Source of the DNA: Amoebidium appalachense
Lineage: Eukaryota; Protista; Ichthyosporea
Assembly (NCBI GenBank): GCA_963693365.1
Contig: CAVNZM010000010.1
Span: 3,470,159 to 3,534,158 of the forward strand
DNA length: 64,000 nucleotides
Direction: 5' to 3'
Shown here: positions 63,111-64,000 of the stretch, in pieces
Position numbering within the stretch: position 1 is the first letter of the stretch
How the letters are laid out: every line of letters begins with the position of its first letter
Notes under the pieces: generated by a model
What the model was told of the DNA's origin: nothing
The model's input: the letters and a program-made list of their open reading frames with translations, nothing else
Database searches by the model: none
Position numbers and translations under genes: made by a program

Positions 63111-64000
63111 CGCAGGGAGACAGCACTCAGAGACTAGGTGAGGCCTCCTGATCCAGGTGAGGGAGATCAGCAGGCTTTGGTCCGTCAGCGTGCTTGTCTC
63201 CGTGCCTCTGAACGCCATGACCGTGACGCACACGTACAGCACGCACGCAAGCACTCATATGTCATATATACACGCACAGCCACACACACACAAGAACACG
63301 CACACGCAAACACATACACAAACACAAACATGGTAGCACACACAAAAGCAAGCACACACACGAACAAACACGCGCACAAGTGCGTGCACACACGATTTCA
63401 CAAAGGAAACGGAGGCTCCCACAGGTACAATTTGACAGCTGGCTAGCCCTGCATCTTGTTGTGAAATTATGTCCTTAGTGTTGGCAGATACTGGCTGGCC
63501 TGGCGCCGACACCTGAGCACCCTTGTCTAAACAGTGTTTTTCGATAAAAGCTGCGCATGCATGCACTCGTATGTCGATAATAAACAGTACATTCCACCAT
63601 TTCTTTGTTCAGGAAACCATTGCCAGCGATCCGTCAACGTGATATAAAGAGCTGCCGTAAAAATCATAATTATAGCTATGTGTGCGATTGTGCGCCATCT
63701 TTCCATGCTATTTCCTATTCTTACCGTACTCATATTATTGTCTCGGAGACGTTGAGCATTGTGCATTGAGTCACCACAATTACGTGCGCATGCATGCAAG
63801 AGATCTTCAGGCCAGGGCCCATAAACCGTTCGCAGCCGGGGGGAGGGGAGGGGGGGGAGGGGGGGGGGGGGGGGGGGGAGGGGGGGTAGTCTCCTAAGAG
63901 TGTTCTGCTGGCTCATACATGAACGCTGCGGTGGCATACGACCCATACGAAGTGTGTCGGAGAAGGGGTTTGGGGGGGTTTGGGGGGGGGGGGGGGGGGG

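Overview
Eukaryotic genomic window with two sharply different parts. (1) About 1.13-20.6 kb is an intronless, gene-dense insertion with large-DNA-virus (Nucleocytoviricota-like) gene content. It carries a C2H2 zinc-finger ORF in frame with a D5-like SF3 helicase, a Vps4/katanin-clade AAA+ ATPase, a BRO-N-like/T5orf172 protein, a YqaJ lambda-exonuclease/recombinase, a DUF5760-like protein and several orphan ORFs. It also has origin-like iteron clusters, a 14-copy 134-bp palindromic array and degenerate, collinear inverted termini. I could not recognise a capsid, packaging ATPase, DNA polymerase, integrase or transposase in it. (2) The rest is intron-rich host DNA full of poly-C/G and (CA)n tracts. 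It holds the 5' part of a secreted or membrane protein gene at the left edge, a lipoxygenase fused to an N-terminal multi-pass membrane domain, a ~28-exon COG5 gene (+) and a multi-exon class I PLP-dependent aspartate aminotransferase-like gene (-). The COG5 peptides look animal-like, suggesting a unicellular holozoan or other opisthokont host (inference; the species cannot be determined). All family assignments are by motif recognition by eye; no searches were run. Exon coordinates were read manually and may be off by a few bases.
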